Counted from the stretch's first letter, positions 10,470 to 24,260 are shown. The stretch: DNA of 64,000 bases from Squalus acanthias (GCA_030390025.1 CM059433.1:15564001-15628000); one strand, 5' to 3'. Numbers and translations: made by a program. Notes: generated by a model from the sequence alone, not told the origin.

Positions 10470-13279
10470 AACTTGGTACTTGGGACTACGATGTGGTGGC
10501 CATTACGGAGACATGGTTAGAACAGGGACAGGAATGGTTGTTGGAAGTTCCGGGGTATAGATGTTTCAGTAAGAGTGGGGAAGTTGGTAAGAAAGGTGGA
10601 GGAGTAGCATTGTTAATCAAGGATAGTTTAACAGCGGCAGAAAGGCAGTTCGAGGGGGATCTGCCGTCTGAGGTAATATGGGCTGAAGTTAGAAATAGGA
10701 AAGGAGCGGTCACGTTGTTAGGAGTTTTCTACAGGCCCCCAAATAGTAATAAAGATGTGGAGGAAGAAATTGCAAAGCAGATTATGAATAGGTGTGGAGG
10801 TCACAGAGTAGTTGTCATGGGTGACTTCAACTTTCCAAATATTGATTGGAACCTTTATAGGTCAAACAGTTCGGATGGGATAGTTTTTGCACAGTGTGTG
10901 CAGGAGGGTTTCCTGACACAATATGTGGATAGGCCGACAAGAGGTGGGGCCACGTTGGATTTGGTACTGGGTAATGAACCGGGCCAAGTGTTTGATTTGT
11001 ATGTGGGAGAGCACTTTGGAGATAGTGACCACAATTCGGTAACTTTCACTATTGCAATGGAGAGGGATAGGGCCATACGGCAGGGCAGGGTTTATAATTG
11101 GGGGAGGGGTAATTATGATGCGATTAGGCAAGAATTAGGGAGTATAAGATGGGAACAGAAACTATCAGGGAAAGGCACAAACGAAAAGTGGAGCTTTTTC
11201 ATGGAGCAATTACTGCGTGTCCTTGATAGGTATGTCCCTGTCAGGCAGGGAGGAAATGGCCGAGTGAGAGAACCATGGTTCACAAAAGAGGTTGAATGTC
11301 TAGTCAAGAGGAAAAAGGAAGCGTATGTAAGGATGAGAAAACAAGGTTCAGTTGTGTCGATTGAGGGGTACAAGGTAGCAAGGAATGAACTAAAAAAAAG
11401 AGCTTAGGAGAGCTAGGAGGGGGCATGAGAAGTCCTTGGCGGGTCGGATCAAGAAAAACCCCAAGGCTTTTTACTCTTATGTGAGAAATAAAAGAATGAC
11501 CAGGGTGAGGGTAGGGCCGGTCAAGGACAGTAGTGGGAACTTGTGCATGGAGTCAGAAGAGATAGGAGAGGTGATGAATGAATACTTTTCATCAGTGTTC
11601 ACCGAGGAGAGGGGCCATGTTCTTGAGGATGAGAGTGTGATAAAGGTGGATAGGCTGGAGGTGGTAGATGTTCTGAGGGAAGATGTTTTAGCAATTTTGA
11701 AGAACCTGAGGGTCGATAAGTCCCCTGGGCCAGATGGGATATATCCTAGGATTCTTTGGGAGGCAAGGGAGGAGATTGCAGAGCCTCTGGCTTTGATCTT
11801 TGGGTCCTCACTGTCCACGGGGATGGTGCCAGAGGACTGGAGAGTGGCGAATGTTGTTCCTCTCTTCAAGAAAGGAAATAGGAATGACCCTGGTAATTAT
11901 AGGCCGGTTAGTCTTACTTCGGTGGTTGGTAAGATAATGGAAAAGGTCCTGAGGGATAGGATTTATGACCATTTGGAAAGGGGCAACTTAATCAGGGATA
12001 GTCAACACGGATTCGTGAAGGGTAAGTCTTGCCTAACAAATTTTATTGAATTCTTTGAGGAGGTAACTAAGTGTGTAGATGAAGGTAGAGCAGTTGATGT
12101 CGTATACATGGATTTTAGTAAGGCGTTTGATAAGGTTCCCCATGGTCGTCTCATGAAGAAAGTAAGGAGTTGTGGGATAGAGGGAAATTTGGCCGATTGG
12201 ATAAGTAACTGGCTATCTCATAGAAGGCAGAGGGTGGTGGTGGATGGAACATTTTCGGACTGGAGACCAGTTACCAGCGGTGTGCCACAGGGGTCGGTGC
12301 TGGGTCCTCTGCTGTTTGTGATTTTTATCAATGACTTGGAGGAGGGGACTGAAGGGTGGATCAGTAAATTTGCTGATGACACCAAGATTGGTGGAGTAGT
12401 GGATGAGGTGGAGGGCAGTTGTAGGCTGCAAAGAGACATTGATAGGATGCAGAGCTGGGCTGAAAAATGGCAGATGGAATTTAACCCTGATAAGTGCGAG
12501 GTGATTCATTTTGGTAGGGCAAATTTGAATAAGGATTACAGGGTCAACGGCAGGGTTCTGAGGAACATGGAGGAGCAGAGGGATCTGGGGGTTCATATCC
12601 ACAGATCTCTGAAGGTTGCCACTCAAGTGGATGGAGCAGTAAAGAAGGCCTATGGTGTGTTGGCGTTTATTAACAGAGGGTTTGAGTTTAGGAACCGTGA
12701 GGTTATGCTGCAACTGTACAGGACCTTGGTGAGACCACATTTGGAATATTGTGTGCAGTTCTGGTCACCTCACTATAGGAAGGACGTGGAAGCATTGGAA
12801 AGAGTGCAAAGGAGATTTACCAGGATGCTGCCTGTTTGGGGGGGAGGTCTTATGAGGAAAGATTGAGGGAGTTGGGGCTTTTCTCTTTAGAGCGGAGGAG
12901 GATGAGAGGCGACTTAATAGAGGTTTATAAGATGATGAGGGGGATAGATAGAGTGGATGTTCAGAGACTATTTCCTCGGGTAGAGGCAGCTGTTACAAGG
13001 GGGCATAACTATAAGGTGCATGGGGGGAGATATAGAAGGGATGTCCGAGGTAGATTCTTTACTCAGAGAGTGGTTGGGGTGTGGAATGGACTGCCTGCTG
13101 TGATAGTGGAGTCGGACACTTTAGGAACTTTCAAGCGGTTATTGGATAAGCACATGGAGCACACCAGAGTGATAGGGAGTGTGATAGCTTGATCTTGGTT
13201 TCGGACAATGCTCGGCACAACATCGAGGGCCGAAGGGCTGTACTGTGCTGTACTGTTCTATGTTCTATGTTCTATGTTC
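10470..13279 (+). mobile_element. 5'-truncated CR1 (HER1-like) LINE, ORF2 endonuclease+RT with two frameshifts
   Basis: APE motifs AITETW, GDFN and SDH; RT motifs QHGF, YMDFSKAFDKV, GVPQGSVLGP and FADD. Frameshifts lie in the A-run near 11395 and the G-run near 12840. Tail (tgttcta)n. Confidence 0.95.
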
Positions 13280-13387
13280 ACCTCAGCACTTTAGGATGAA
13301 GAATGTTCATTTAGTGACTGGCGCACTGGAAGGTGCATTCTATATTAACTTAAGGGTTTCTCTTATAACTCAGTGGGTAAATATAAT

Positions 13388-14030
13388 GGCCTGGAATTTG
13401 CAATGGGAATAATGGTGAGGTTATTGGTGCTCACCGTTATAATGGAGGAAATCTGACAGCAACTTCTGGAGTACGCACATGCGCAGTTAAACGCGTGTCA
13501 GAGATACCTTGCTCCCCCACAGGGTGCATTGTTGTAGTCCTCGGTAATAGACTTGGCATTGAAATGACTGCAATGGCGTGAACTTGCTGTACTTGCCCAT
13601 AAAATCGACTGAAAATGTTAGGGCTGGTACATTCAGGAGTAAGTGAGTTTTTAACAGCATGATTGGTGATAATTACTGCTGAACAACCTCTCTGGCCCTG
13701 AAAAATTAATTTTTTAAGTGTGGAGTCTCATTCCCTCAGAATACTAAGGGAACCAAGGGATATGGGGATAGTGCGGGAAGGTGGAGTTGAGGTAGAAGAT
13801 CAGCCATGATCTTATTGAATGGCGAAGCAGGCTCGAAGGGCCGTAAGGCCTACTCCTGCTCCTATTTCATATGTTCTTAGAAGAAAATTAGCTTTGGAGA
13901 TTTAAAAAAAAAATCTTTTTAACTCTTTCTGTCTATCTCTTATCTTTCTCCCTCAACCCCATCTGTAATTCCCAATCTTTATTTCGCTTTCTGTACATCA
14001 TTTAACTCTAATTTATATTTCCTGCTTTAT
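13388..14030 (+). mobile_element. Truncated MITE family C copy containing a CR1 3'-end fragment (~13745-13880)
   Basis: Starts ggcctggaatttg and aligns by eye with 23034-23810 (gcaacttc, ggccctgaaaa.ttaatttt). Confidence 0.65.
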
Positions 14031-14031
14031 A

Positions 14032-14330
14032 GGCCAAAATTTTAATTTGGAGGCGGGTAGGGAGCGGGGTTTGGGGGGGTGGGGGGGGCGGCGGTGCTTT
14101 AAAGCGGTCGGGCACCCCGAGAGAACGGGTTTTCCACAGGCCCTGCCGAATTTAACAGCAGGGCCTGATTAACATTTAGAATCACAGTTTCTTGCCTGCA
14201 GCCAGTCAGATGGAGAGGCTGGCTGGCTAGGCCTGTGGCACCAGGCCAGAGAGAGGAGGGAGGGAGGGAGGGATGGCGGTGGGATTAGAAGCCGAATGTT
14301 TGGGGGGGGGGGAGGTCGGAGGGGGATCTA
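14032..14330 (+). mobile_element. Left part of a family B MITE
   Basis: ggccaaaattttaa..ggaggcgggt start and gcagggcctgatt/gcagccag blocks shared with 27693-28445 and 40572-41377. Confidence 0.65.
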
Positions 14331-15586
14331 TGTAACTATTGAATTACTTTTTGCCTTTATAAGGAAAGAGATATACAGATATTTACCCTGCTACATCAGA
14401 CATTCATCAGAAATGCACATAATTACATTTATACCAATGATGAAAATCAATGTGTAGAATTGACATGATTAGAAATTGATGTATTAACTATAGATCAGTG
14501 TAAACATTACTGCTTTACTGTTCGGCATTCCTCAGGAAGTGTACAATGAGATTTTTGCATTTGCTGTTCTATAAAACTTTACAACCAGAAAAATTGCCTT
14601 TAAACAGCTTGTCTTATTTTCCTATTGTTTACTGTCAAAACAGGACATGACCGATGTAACAAATTAGTTTCATTGATTTTCCAAGAGGCCAGCACCACTA
14701 ATTCAAGCTAAACATCACTATGTGCATCAGAGAAAACTACAGATTTCCGAGTCTTGTCCCACAGACGGAGGCAGCTCAAACTTGCTGTAGGCCACATAAC
14801 AGATCCCCTTTGTGACTTCTTCTTGGAAGCTGAAATTAGTTGAAAAATAGAGATAGCTTATTGTTGCTTAGGATCCAATTTTCTCTGCAATGGCTACTTA
14901 TTGCAGACATATTTTTCTTGATTCTTGCAATTTCCTGCTTTCTTGCCAAATATATCTGCCATCATCTATTCCCAATGCGCCTTCCATGAATACTTTAACG
15001 CAGTAGAATCAAAAATTGGTTTGAGATCACTATTAAAAACAAAAGAGCAATCATTTCTACGGTATTCAGAGTGCACACCGATCAGTGTAGTTTAAACTAA
15101 TAAATGGATTGACAGTGCTGGATTAACCGATGATTAGCAATCCCAATAGTAACCCGTCTGTTACTGAACATTCCAGTAACATTACCATTTCCATCGCATT
15201 GATGGTAAATTCCTTAAAACTAGAATGCAAAAATGCAAACCTCGTCATTTGATCTTTTAAACAAAAGCCTTTTTTTTTCCCTCAGCGAGAAATATAAGAT
15301 TAGCCTTTCAAAAAAAAGTGTATGGAAAGACATTGCTATCCCTTCCCATAACCACGTGCTTTGGTTGGCAGAGATCCTGTGAAATGAAGCAAAACATTCT
15401 CACTGTAATATTCGGAACAAATCCTAGATTCTCCTCTGATCCCACATTTGTGGAAGTGGTGGTCTTTCTTCAAAGGTTCTTAATTAACTTGCGCTGGAAG
15501 GCTACAACCTGACATCACTCAATCCCCTCTAACTTATAGGTTCAAATCAGATCAAAAGGGCAGTGCTGTTAGGTTATGGAGAATAT

Positions 15587-16212
15587 GGGCTGGATTTTGA
15601 TACTGGGGCGGGTTGGGGTCGTGTTATCCACTTTTCGTGTTATCCACCCAGCTGCAATTGGATGTGGGAGATTGATGCAATTTTCACCTAATTGGGCAAT
15701 TGAGTTTCAGCATGTGGGAACCCATGAACCAATTAGTGCTTTCAGTCTGAAAGTCGCCTCTGATGATGTCATCATTGCTGCTGCATTGAAGGTCTGCAAA
15801 GACTGCCTGGCCTTTGCTGTGAGAGGACCTGGATGCAAAATGAGCAGCAGCAGCCCTAAGAGATATTTTTACACCACCACAGAGAGAGAGAGAGAGAGAG
15901 ATCCAGCCAATTGTGCTCCCGCCAGGTTTCACATTCGTGGTTCAGAACAGGCGTGCTTCACATAGAACAAGGGTTAAAATCACAAAGGCCTTTCAAAATG
16001 GCATTATAGAGCCAATTTAGTGCTTGTTAAGGGCCTTAACAGCCTATCCCGTCTCTTAAAAGCGGGACACGGGCGGGACCAGCAGACACGATTTAATGAA
16101 AATTGCGTGGAGGCGGGATGGAGGCGGACTTGTACCCGCCCACCAGTTTTCGCAATTTTAACCCCCCACACGCCTCCAAACCCGCCTCCACGGGTCAATG
16201 AAAATCCAGCCC
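15587..16212. mobile_element. Harbinger-like MITE, 626 bp
   Basis: TIRs GGGCTGGATTTT/AAAATCCAGCCC with 3-bp TSD tat/tat. Confidence 0.85.
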
Positions 16213-16317
16213 TATGTGTTTCCCACAATCAGCACATACCTGCTGATTTTCATAAATCACATTTAAAAAGTGGCCCAGAAAGAATGATTTGGAGGTCAAA
16301 ATAATTTTTCTAGTCAC

Positions 16318-16450
16318 AGAGCAAAATACTGTGGATGCTGGAAATCTGAAATAAACACAGAAAAATGCTGGAATGCACTCCGCAGGTCAGGCAGCATCTA
16401 TGGAGAGAGAAACAGAGTTAACGTCTCGGATTCATGACCTTTCATCAGAA
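16318..16450 (-). repeat. Solo Penelope pLTR remnant with degenerate hammerhead motif
   Basis: Reverse strand reads ctgatgaaaggtc...gagacgttaactctgtttctctctcca.agatgctgcctgacc, matching 37602-37735. Confidence 0.75.
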
Positions 16451-16859
16451 TGCTAATTAATCCAGTATCCAGTTTGGAAAAAAAGAGAACGCAAAGTAAC
16501 TTTCAAACACCTACCTTTTTTTAAAAAAAAAGTCTTGTTCTTCTATGCAATTGTATTGATGTTATATATCAGCGGCCTTTTAAAATTGACAGCCTCACAA
16601 CCTCAGCGATGGCTATCAGCAGGGTTGTGCAGTCTCATTATGGTTTAGTCTGACTGGCATTTAAAAATCAATTACACTGTGTCTGAGAGAACATTTCATC
16701 CTCAATACCCGTAACCCTGAGGGCTCCACAATCAAGTCTGCACCCCACTTTGTAAACATTTTACTGTAAAAGATTGTAAATGCACCAAAAATAAGCAATG
16801 TACATACAGTAGAGCAATATGTATAGCAAGCCACTCAGTTGTAAAAAGCCACTAAACCG

Positions 16860-19620
16860 CTACGAAAAACAAGAATAAAAAAACTGGGCGGACCACCCGG
16901 CATCGACCTCGGCACCGGCTATGGACATGACAACAGCACACCCAGCCCAGTCGACCCTGCAAAGTCCTTCTCACCAACATCTGGGGTGGGTTTCCTCCGG
17001 GTGCTCCGGTTTCCTCCTACAGTCCAAAGATGTGTGGGTTAGGTTGATTTGGCTATGATAAATTGACCCTTAGTGTTAGGGGGGATTAAATACGTGGGGT
17101 TAAGGGGATAGGGTGGGATATGTGTCGGTGCAGGCTCGATGGGCCGAAATGGCCTCTATCTGTACTGTGGTGATTCTGTGATTCTGTGATTCTGTGACTT
17201 GTGCCAAAATTGGGAGAGCTGTCCCACAGACTAGTCAAGCAACAACCTGACATAATCATACTCACAGAATCATACCTTTCAGCCAATGTCCCAAACTCCT
17301 CCATCACCATCCAGGGGTGGCAGCACAGCAGTATATCGTGGCCCTGGGAGTCCTCAACATTGACTCCGGATCCCATGAAATCTCCTGGGTTCAGGTCAAG
17401 CATGGGCAAGGAAACCTCCTGCTGATTACAAACGCCCTCCCTCAGCTGATGAATCAGTACTCCTCCATGTTGAACACCACTTGGAAGAAGCACTGACAGT
17501 AGCAAGGGCACAGACTATACTTTGAGTGGGGGACTTCAGTGTCCATCACCAAGAGTGGCTCAGTAGCACCACTACTGACCGAGGAGTGTAGAAGAGCATG
17601 CCAGGAGCAGCACCAGGCGTACCTAAAAAGGCGGTGCCAACCTGGGGAAGCTGCAACACAGGACAACATGCATGCTAAAAAGCGGAAGCAGCATGCTATA
17701 GACAGAGCTAAGCGAACCCACAATCAACGGATCAGATCAAAGCTCTGCAGTCCTGCCACATCCAGTCGTGAATAGTGGTGGACCATTAAACAACTAACGG
17801 GAGGAGGAGGCTCCGTGAATATCCCCATCCTCAATGATGGTGGAGCCCAGCACATGAGTGCAAAAGACAAAGCTGAAGCATTTGCAACCATCTTCAGCCA
17901 AAAGTGCCGAGTGGATGATCCATATCGGCCTCCTCCTGAGGTCCCCACCACCACAGAAACCAGCCTTCAGCCAATTCGATTTACTCCATGTGATATCAAG
18001 AAACGGCTGAGCGCACTGGATACAGCAAAGGCTGAGGGCCCCAACAACATCCCGGCTATCGTGCTGAAGACTTGTGCTCCAAAACTAGCTGCACCTCTAG
18101 CCAAGCTGTTCCAGTACAGCTATAACACTGGCATCTATCCGACAATGTGGAAAACTGCCCAGGTTTGTCCTGTCCATAAAAAGGACAAATCCAATCCAGC
18201 TATTTACCACCCCATCAGTCTACTCTCAATCATCAGCAAAGTGATGGAAGGTGTCGTCGACAGTGCTATCAAGCAGCACTTATTCACCAATAACCTGCAC
18301 ACTGATGCCCAGTTTGTGTTCCGCCAGGACCACTCGGCTCCAGACCTCATTGCACCCTTGGTCCAAATATGGACAAAAGAGCTGAATTCCAGAGGTGAGG
18401 TGAGAGTGACTGCCCTTGACATCAAGGCAGCATTTGACCGAGTGTGGCATCAAGGAGCCCTAGTAAAACTGAAGTCAATGGGAATCGAGGGGGAAACTCT
18501 CCACTGGCTGGAGTCATACCTAGCACAAAGGAAGATGGTTCTGGTGGTTGGAGGTCAATCATCACAGCCTCAGGACATGACCGCAGGAGGTCCTCAGGGC
18601 AGTGTCCTAGGCCCAACCATCTTCAGCTGCTTCATCAATGAACTTCCCTCCATCATAAGGTCAGAAGTGGGGATGTTCGCTGATGACTGCACAGTGTTCA
18701 GTGCCATTTGCAACTCCTCAGATAATGAAGCAGCGTTCAGTGCCATTTGCAACTCCTCAGATAATGAAGCAGTCCATGCCCGCATGCAGCAAGACCTGGA
18801 CGACATTCAGGCTTGGGCTGATAAGTGGCAGGTAACATTCGCGTCACACACAAGTGCCAGGCAATGATTCTCTCCAACAAGCGAGCGTCTAACCACCGCC
18901 CCATGACATTCAACGGCATTACCATCGCCGAATCCCCCACCATCAATATCCTGGGTGTCACCATTTACCAGACACTTAACTGGACCAGCCACATAAATAC
19001 TGTGGCAACAAGAGCAGGTCAGAGGCTAGCTATTCTGTGGCGAGTGTCTCACCTCCTGACTCCCCAAAGCATTTCCACCATCTACAAGGCACAAGTCAGG
19101 AGTGTGATGGAATACTCTCCACTTGCCTGGATGAGTGCAGCTCCGACAACACTCAAGAAGCGCGACACCATCCAAGACAAAGAATCCCGCTTGATTGGCA
19201 CCCCATCCACCACCTTAAACATTCACTCCCTCCACCACCGGCGCACCGTGGCTGCAGTGTGTACCATCTACAAGATGCACTGCAGCAACTCACCAAGGCT
19301 TCTTCGGCAGCACCTCCCAAACCGCGACCTCTACCACCTAGAAGGACAAGGGCAGCAGGCACATGGGAACACCACCACCTCCAAGTTCCCCTCCAAGTCA
19401 CACACCATCCTGACTTGGAAGTATATCACCGATCCTTCATCGTCGCTGGGTCAAAATCCTGGAACTCCCTCCCTGACAGCACTGTGGGAGTACCTTCACC
19501 ACACGGACTACAGCGGTTCAAGAAGGCGGCTCAGCACCACCTTCTCAAGTGCAACGAGGGATGGGCAATAAATGCTGTCCTTGCCAGCGACGCCCACATC
19601 CCAGGAACGAATTAAAAAAA
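16860..19620 (+). mobile_element. Zenon-like CR1-clade LINE, internally deleted and decayed
   Basis: EN remnant QQPDIIILTES; RT motifs ALDIKAAFDRVWH, PQGSVLGP, FADD and IYKAQVRSVMEYS; A-rich tail at ~19613. Subclade naming is from memory of motifs. Confidence 0.85.
16984..17198 (+). mobile_element. 5'-truncated HE1/V-SINE inserted in the LINE
   Basis: V-domain gggtgctccggtttcctcc.acagtccaaagatgtg plus (gattctgt)n tail; matches 23968-24260. Confidence 0.85.
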
Positions 19621-19898
19621 ATCCGCTCTCATGGACACATTCCTTTTATCCAGTTGTTTCTATTAAATTAAATGTCTTGCAGCTGACTTGCCTGAGGAAA
19701 TATTGTTTTTCAGTTTATATTCCCATTAAAAGGGACCCAATTAACAGGCCCATGCTCCACTACTGTTAATTGTTTTATTTCTTATAGTTCACTAATAACA
19801 AATGTATTAAATTTAAGAATCCTCAGTCAGCAAATGGCCATTTTCTGGCACAAACTTTTCTATTCTTTGGGGAATGAAAGATCTGTGGAAAATAGTCT

Positions 19899-20604
19899 GG
19901 GGGAGAAATTCAGTAGCGCCCAGGAAGGGGCGCTAACTTTTGAGGAGTTGGAAATTTAGCGCCAGGCGCTAATCAATCTCGCTGCCCGCGAAATTCAGTC
20001 TCAGCACTCAAAGAATGCAGGGCAGCGCTAAATCAGGCGCTAATAGCGTAGGTGAGTGGCGTTAGGCTCCAAGCGATAATGAATATGAGGTGTTGTGTAA
20101 TCGGAAGTGAGCATTGGCGCAGGCGCCTTCCAGCCATTAAAGGGGAGGGTCACTGGAGTCTGCACACCAGCCCCCAATGATTCGGGGAGTGCAGAATGGC
20201 AACACTCCAGGGACTAAGCAGCCTTTATTTGGCTGCAGATACATCATGTGCTCTCGGCCACTCAACTGACCTTTGGAATGGAAGTTCCTTGACAGCTGGG
20301 GCGCATCCCTTTAAGTAGCGCCCCGCCAGCCGCCAGCTGGCTGGTTCATGCCTCCGCTCCCTGGCGCTGTCGGCGCGAGGCGGTAAGGCAGGGGGTGCTA
20401 CTGAAGTTTGCAGATCGGGCGCCCAGCGAGCGTTGCACACTCGCTGACGTCACAATCGGCATGGAGAAAGGGACCAAGGCGCTAACTGTTATCGCCAGCG
20501 CAATGGGGCGGGATTAGCCCCGCCGTGGCGCTACTGCCTGAGCGCCCCATTAGTGCCCCCGCCAGGCACTAACTGGGGGCGCTAACCTACTGAATTTCAC
20601 CCCC
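19899..20604 (+). mobile_element. MITE family D copy 1
   Basis: TIRs GGGGGAGAAATTCAGTAG/CTACTGAATTTCACCCCC with TSD tct/tct; rich in TAGCGCC/GGCGCTA motifs. Confidence 0.9.
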
Positions 20605-20789
20605 TCTGATTGCTTGTACATTGAGGTGTATAATGGCATCTTATCAAGTATAGGGAAGAAATGTTCTAATGGGTGAAAACAGTTCAGCAAAGTGAGGTGA
20701 AACATTTCCATATACAATACTGTCCTAAGAAGAACAAAAGTTCTGTGTATTCTGCCCCCTCATTGTTTCTATGGAGATAATTCTCAACA

Positions 20790-21720
20790 CATATATCTGG
20801 ACTTGGATACACAGGGTATAATTTCATAGTTTGCAGATGTCACAGAACTCGCAAATGCAGTAAACAATGTGGAGGATAATAACAGACTTCAGGAGGACAG
20901 AGACAGACTGGTGAAATGGGCAGATACATGGCAGGTGAAATTTTATGTAAAAAAGTGTAAAGTGATACATTTTGGTAGGAAGAATGAGGAGAGGCAATAT
21001 AAACTAAATGGTACAATTTTAAAGGGGGTGCAGGAACAGAGACCTGGGGATGTACGTACACAACTCTTTGAAGGTGGCAGGACACGTTGAGACGGCTGTT
21101 AAAAAAAACATATGGGATCCTTGGCTTTATTAATAGAGGCATAGAGTACAAAAGCAAAGAAGTTATGCTAAACCTTTATAAATCACTGGTTAGACTGCAG
21201 CTGGAGTATTGTGTTCAATACTGGGCACCGCACTTTAGGAAGGATGTCAAGGTCTTAGAGAGGGTGCAGAAGAGATTTAATAGAATGGTACCAGGGATCA
21301 GTGACTTCAGTTTTGTGGAGAGACTGGAGAAGATGCGATTGTTTTTTTTCGAGCAGAGAAGGTTAAGAGGGGATTTTATAGAGGTGTTCAAAATCATGAA
21401 CAGATTTGATAGAGTAAATAAGGAGAAACTGTTTCCTATGGCAGAAAAGTTAGTAATCAGAGGATTTAAGGTGATTGGCAAAAAATGTTTACGCAGTGAG
21501 TTGTTATGATCTGGAATGCACAGCCTGAAAGGGTGGTGGAAGCAGATTCAATGGTAACTTTCAAAAGGGAATTGGATAAATACTTGAAGGGAAAAAAATA
21601 ATAGACCTATTTGGAAAGAGCAGGGGAGTGGGACTAATTGGATAGCGCTACCAAAGAGCTAGCACAGACACGAAGGGCCGAATGGCCTCCTTCTGGGCTG
21701 TATAACACTATGATAGCATG
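20790..21720 (+). mobile_element. Decayed CR1 3' portion
   Basis: FAD.T remnant, LQEDRDRLVKWADTW, LYKSLVR.QLEYCVQ and a CR1 3' UTR. Confidence 0.85.
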
Positions 21721-21844
21721 ATATCACTGGATGTTACGGCCAGTCTCCAGTGAACAGTTTGATATCCCAAGGGAGAAATGCAGTGTTCCGGCTTTCATAC
21801 ACTTAACACTTTTGCTTTCTATCGTAAAAGAACTGGAAGACAAG

Positions 21845-22579
21845 GCAAGCGAAATTCAGTAGGTGAGCGCACCCAGTTAGCGCCTGGTGGGGGCGCTCAG
21901 GCAGTAGCGCCACGGCAGGGCGAATCCCATAGCACCGGCGATAACAGTTAGCAGCCTCGGTCTCTTTCGCCATGCAGATTGTGACGTCAGTGAGTGTGCA
22001 ACGCTCACTGGGCGCCCGATCTGCAAACTTCAGTCGCGCCCCTTGCCTTACTGCCTCGCGCCGACAGCACCAGGGAGCGGAGGCATGAACCAGCCGGCTG
22101 GCGGCTAGCGGGGCGCTACTTAAAGGGATGCGCCCCAGCTGTTAAGGAACTTCTGTTCCAAAGGTCAGTTATGAGTGGCAGAGAGCGCAGGATTTATCTG
22201 CCGCCAAATAAAGGCTGCTTAGTCCCCGGAGTGTTGCAGGTCGTCAAAGCGCTTTGCATTTCATTTCACAGCATATCGCTGTTCCGCACTCCCCGAATCA
22301 CTGGGGGCTGGTGTGCAGACTCCAGTCACCCTCCCCTTTAATGGCTGGAAGGCGCCTGCGCCAATGTTCACTCCCGATTACACAACACCTCATATTCGCT
22401 ATCGCTTGGAGTCTAACGCCACTCACCTATGCCATTAGCGCCTGATTTAGTGCTCCCCTGCATTCTTTGAGCGCTGAAACTGAATTTAACGGGCAGCGAG
22501 ATTGATTAGCGCCTAACGCTAAATTTCCAACTTCTCAATAATTAGCGCCCCTTCCTGGGCGCTACTGAATTTCTCCTCC
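21845..22579 (-). mobile_element. MITE family D copy 2, inverted relative to copy 1
   Basis: Reverse complement of 19899-20604 along nearly its whole length; has its own TSD aag/aag. Confidence 0.9.
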
Positions 22580-23033
22580 AAGGGTTTTGATTGAAGCAGT
22601 GGAAGTTTTTAATATTTTTATGTAATTTTTGCTATCCAACGAGTCAATTCCCATTATATTTCAATGTATGACAGGCAAAAGTAAGTGGAAGAAGAGCAGA
22701 TGTGAAGGAAATGGAGGGAGAAAAAGAATATAGAAGTAAAATACACAAATTCACAACAATTAATTGCTTCTGCACCCAAATTCCCAACATGCGCATCAAT
22801 CACGTGAGGCTTTTTGTGGTAACACTAATTCACAAAATCTAATGGTATCATGGAGAGCACACTGGGGTATGCGGAGTATACCCACTTTTTTTATTTTTGG
22901 ATGCTAGGGACCTGGCCCCAAAAGCACCAGATGGAAAAAATACAAAAAGGTCGAGACAATCTGGGTAGTTATCTTCCGATGAAGGTCACATGGGTCTGTG
23001 TCAGTTACTGCGGTGAAGGGCTATTGTTATATT

Positions 23034-23810
23034 GGCCCGGAATTTGAGGTGGGTAATAACAGCGAATGAACAGCGCTCGCTGCTATTACCCCTTTGAAAC
23101 TGACCGCAACTTCAGGATTTAGCGCATGTGCATCCGAACACAGGAATCCTGAAGTTGCGGTCAGTCAGTCACTGTTCCGACATTGGCTGCATTGTGGCCC
23201 CTCCCCCCCTCACAGCCGGCAATCAGTGTAATCTGTCAAATCATGGAAACTGACGAAAACTTCAGCTCTTCCGCGGTAGTATTGCTGTTAAATACCCCAT
23301 TAAAAGTTAGACTCTTTAGGATTAGGTGTAACTGGGGTTTTAACAGCGTATTGACTGCGAAACAAAGGTTATGGCCCTGAAAAACTAATTTTAATTCTGT
23401 GACCTGTCAAATTTATCCATTTTAATAAAAATTAAAATTTTTAAGAAACTTTGAAAAAAAGTTTTAATTTTTATTTTAGAAGTTTCTTCATCTTTATTTC
23501 AGGTTTGCCTTTTCCCCATGTGAGAGCCCCAATCATTGTTTTGTTCCCTCTAAAAAGTTAGAATAAAAGGAGCTTATCCACTTCCTCGTTCGCTGTCTGT
23601 GAGAATTCTGCATTTTGATTGGCTGCTTAGACAGCTTGTTGACGTCACAGTAGCTCGCGTTAGGGATTCCCCATTAACTTGCGCCGATTTCAGTTACGCG
23701 TCGGAAAAGCCAAACTTCTCGCCACAGAGATCACGAGATCTTTGCGGGAAGCTTACTTCGGAGTCAACGGCGAACGCCTTTGCTTCGCCGCTGACCGCAA
23801 ATTATGGGCC
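23034..23810 (+). mobile_element. MITE family C full copy, 777 bp
   Basis: TIRs GGCCCGGAATTTG/CAAATTATGGGCC with TSD att/att. Confidence 0.88.
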
Positions 23811-23967
23811 ATTGTATCCTCAATGCTCCAATAGCCTAGAAATTACTATTGATATTAGGGGGTGAACACAATGTTTTCATTCAGTATTTCCACTGAGTCG
23901 TTTACCCTTCTAACATAAGTGAGTTAATGCCTGTACTTCAGTAGCAGAGAAAGGGAATGCCAAGAAA

Positions 23968-24260
23968 TGGCATAGTGGTTAGCACTGTTGCCTCACAGCG
24001 CCAGGGACCCGGATTCGAATCCAGCCTTTGGGTGACTGTCTGTGTGGAGTTTGCACATTCTCCCCGTGTCTGCGTGGGGGTGCTCCGGTTTCCTCCCACA
24101 GTCCAAAGATGTGCGGGTTAGGTTGATTTGGCTATGATAAAAATTGACCCTTAGTGTTAGGGGGGATTAAATACGTGGGGATAGGGTGGGATATGTGTCG
24201 GTGCAGGCTCGATGGGCCGAAATGGCCTCTATCTGCACTGTGGGGATGTGAGTCTGTGAG
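23968..24260 (+). mobile_element. HE1/V-SINE, near full length
   Basis: A box tggcatagtggttagc, B box gattcgaatcc, V-domain tgtgtggagtttgcacattctccccgtg and a CR1-derived tail. Confidence 0.9.
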
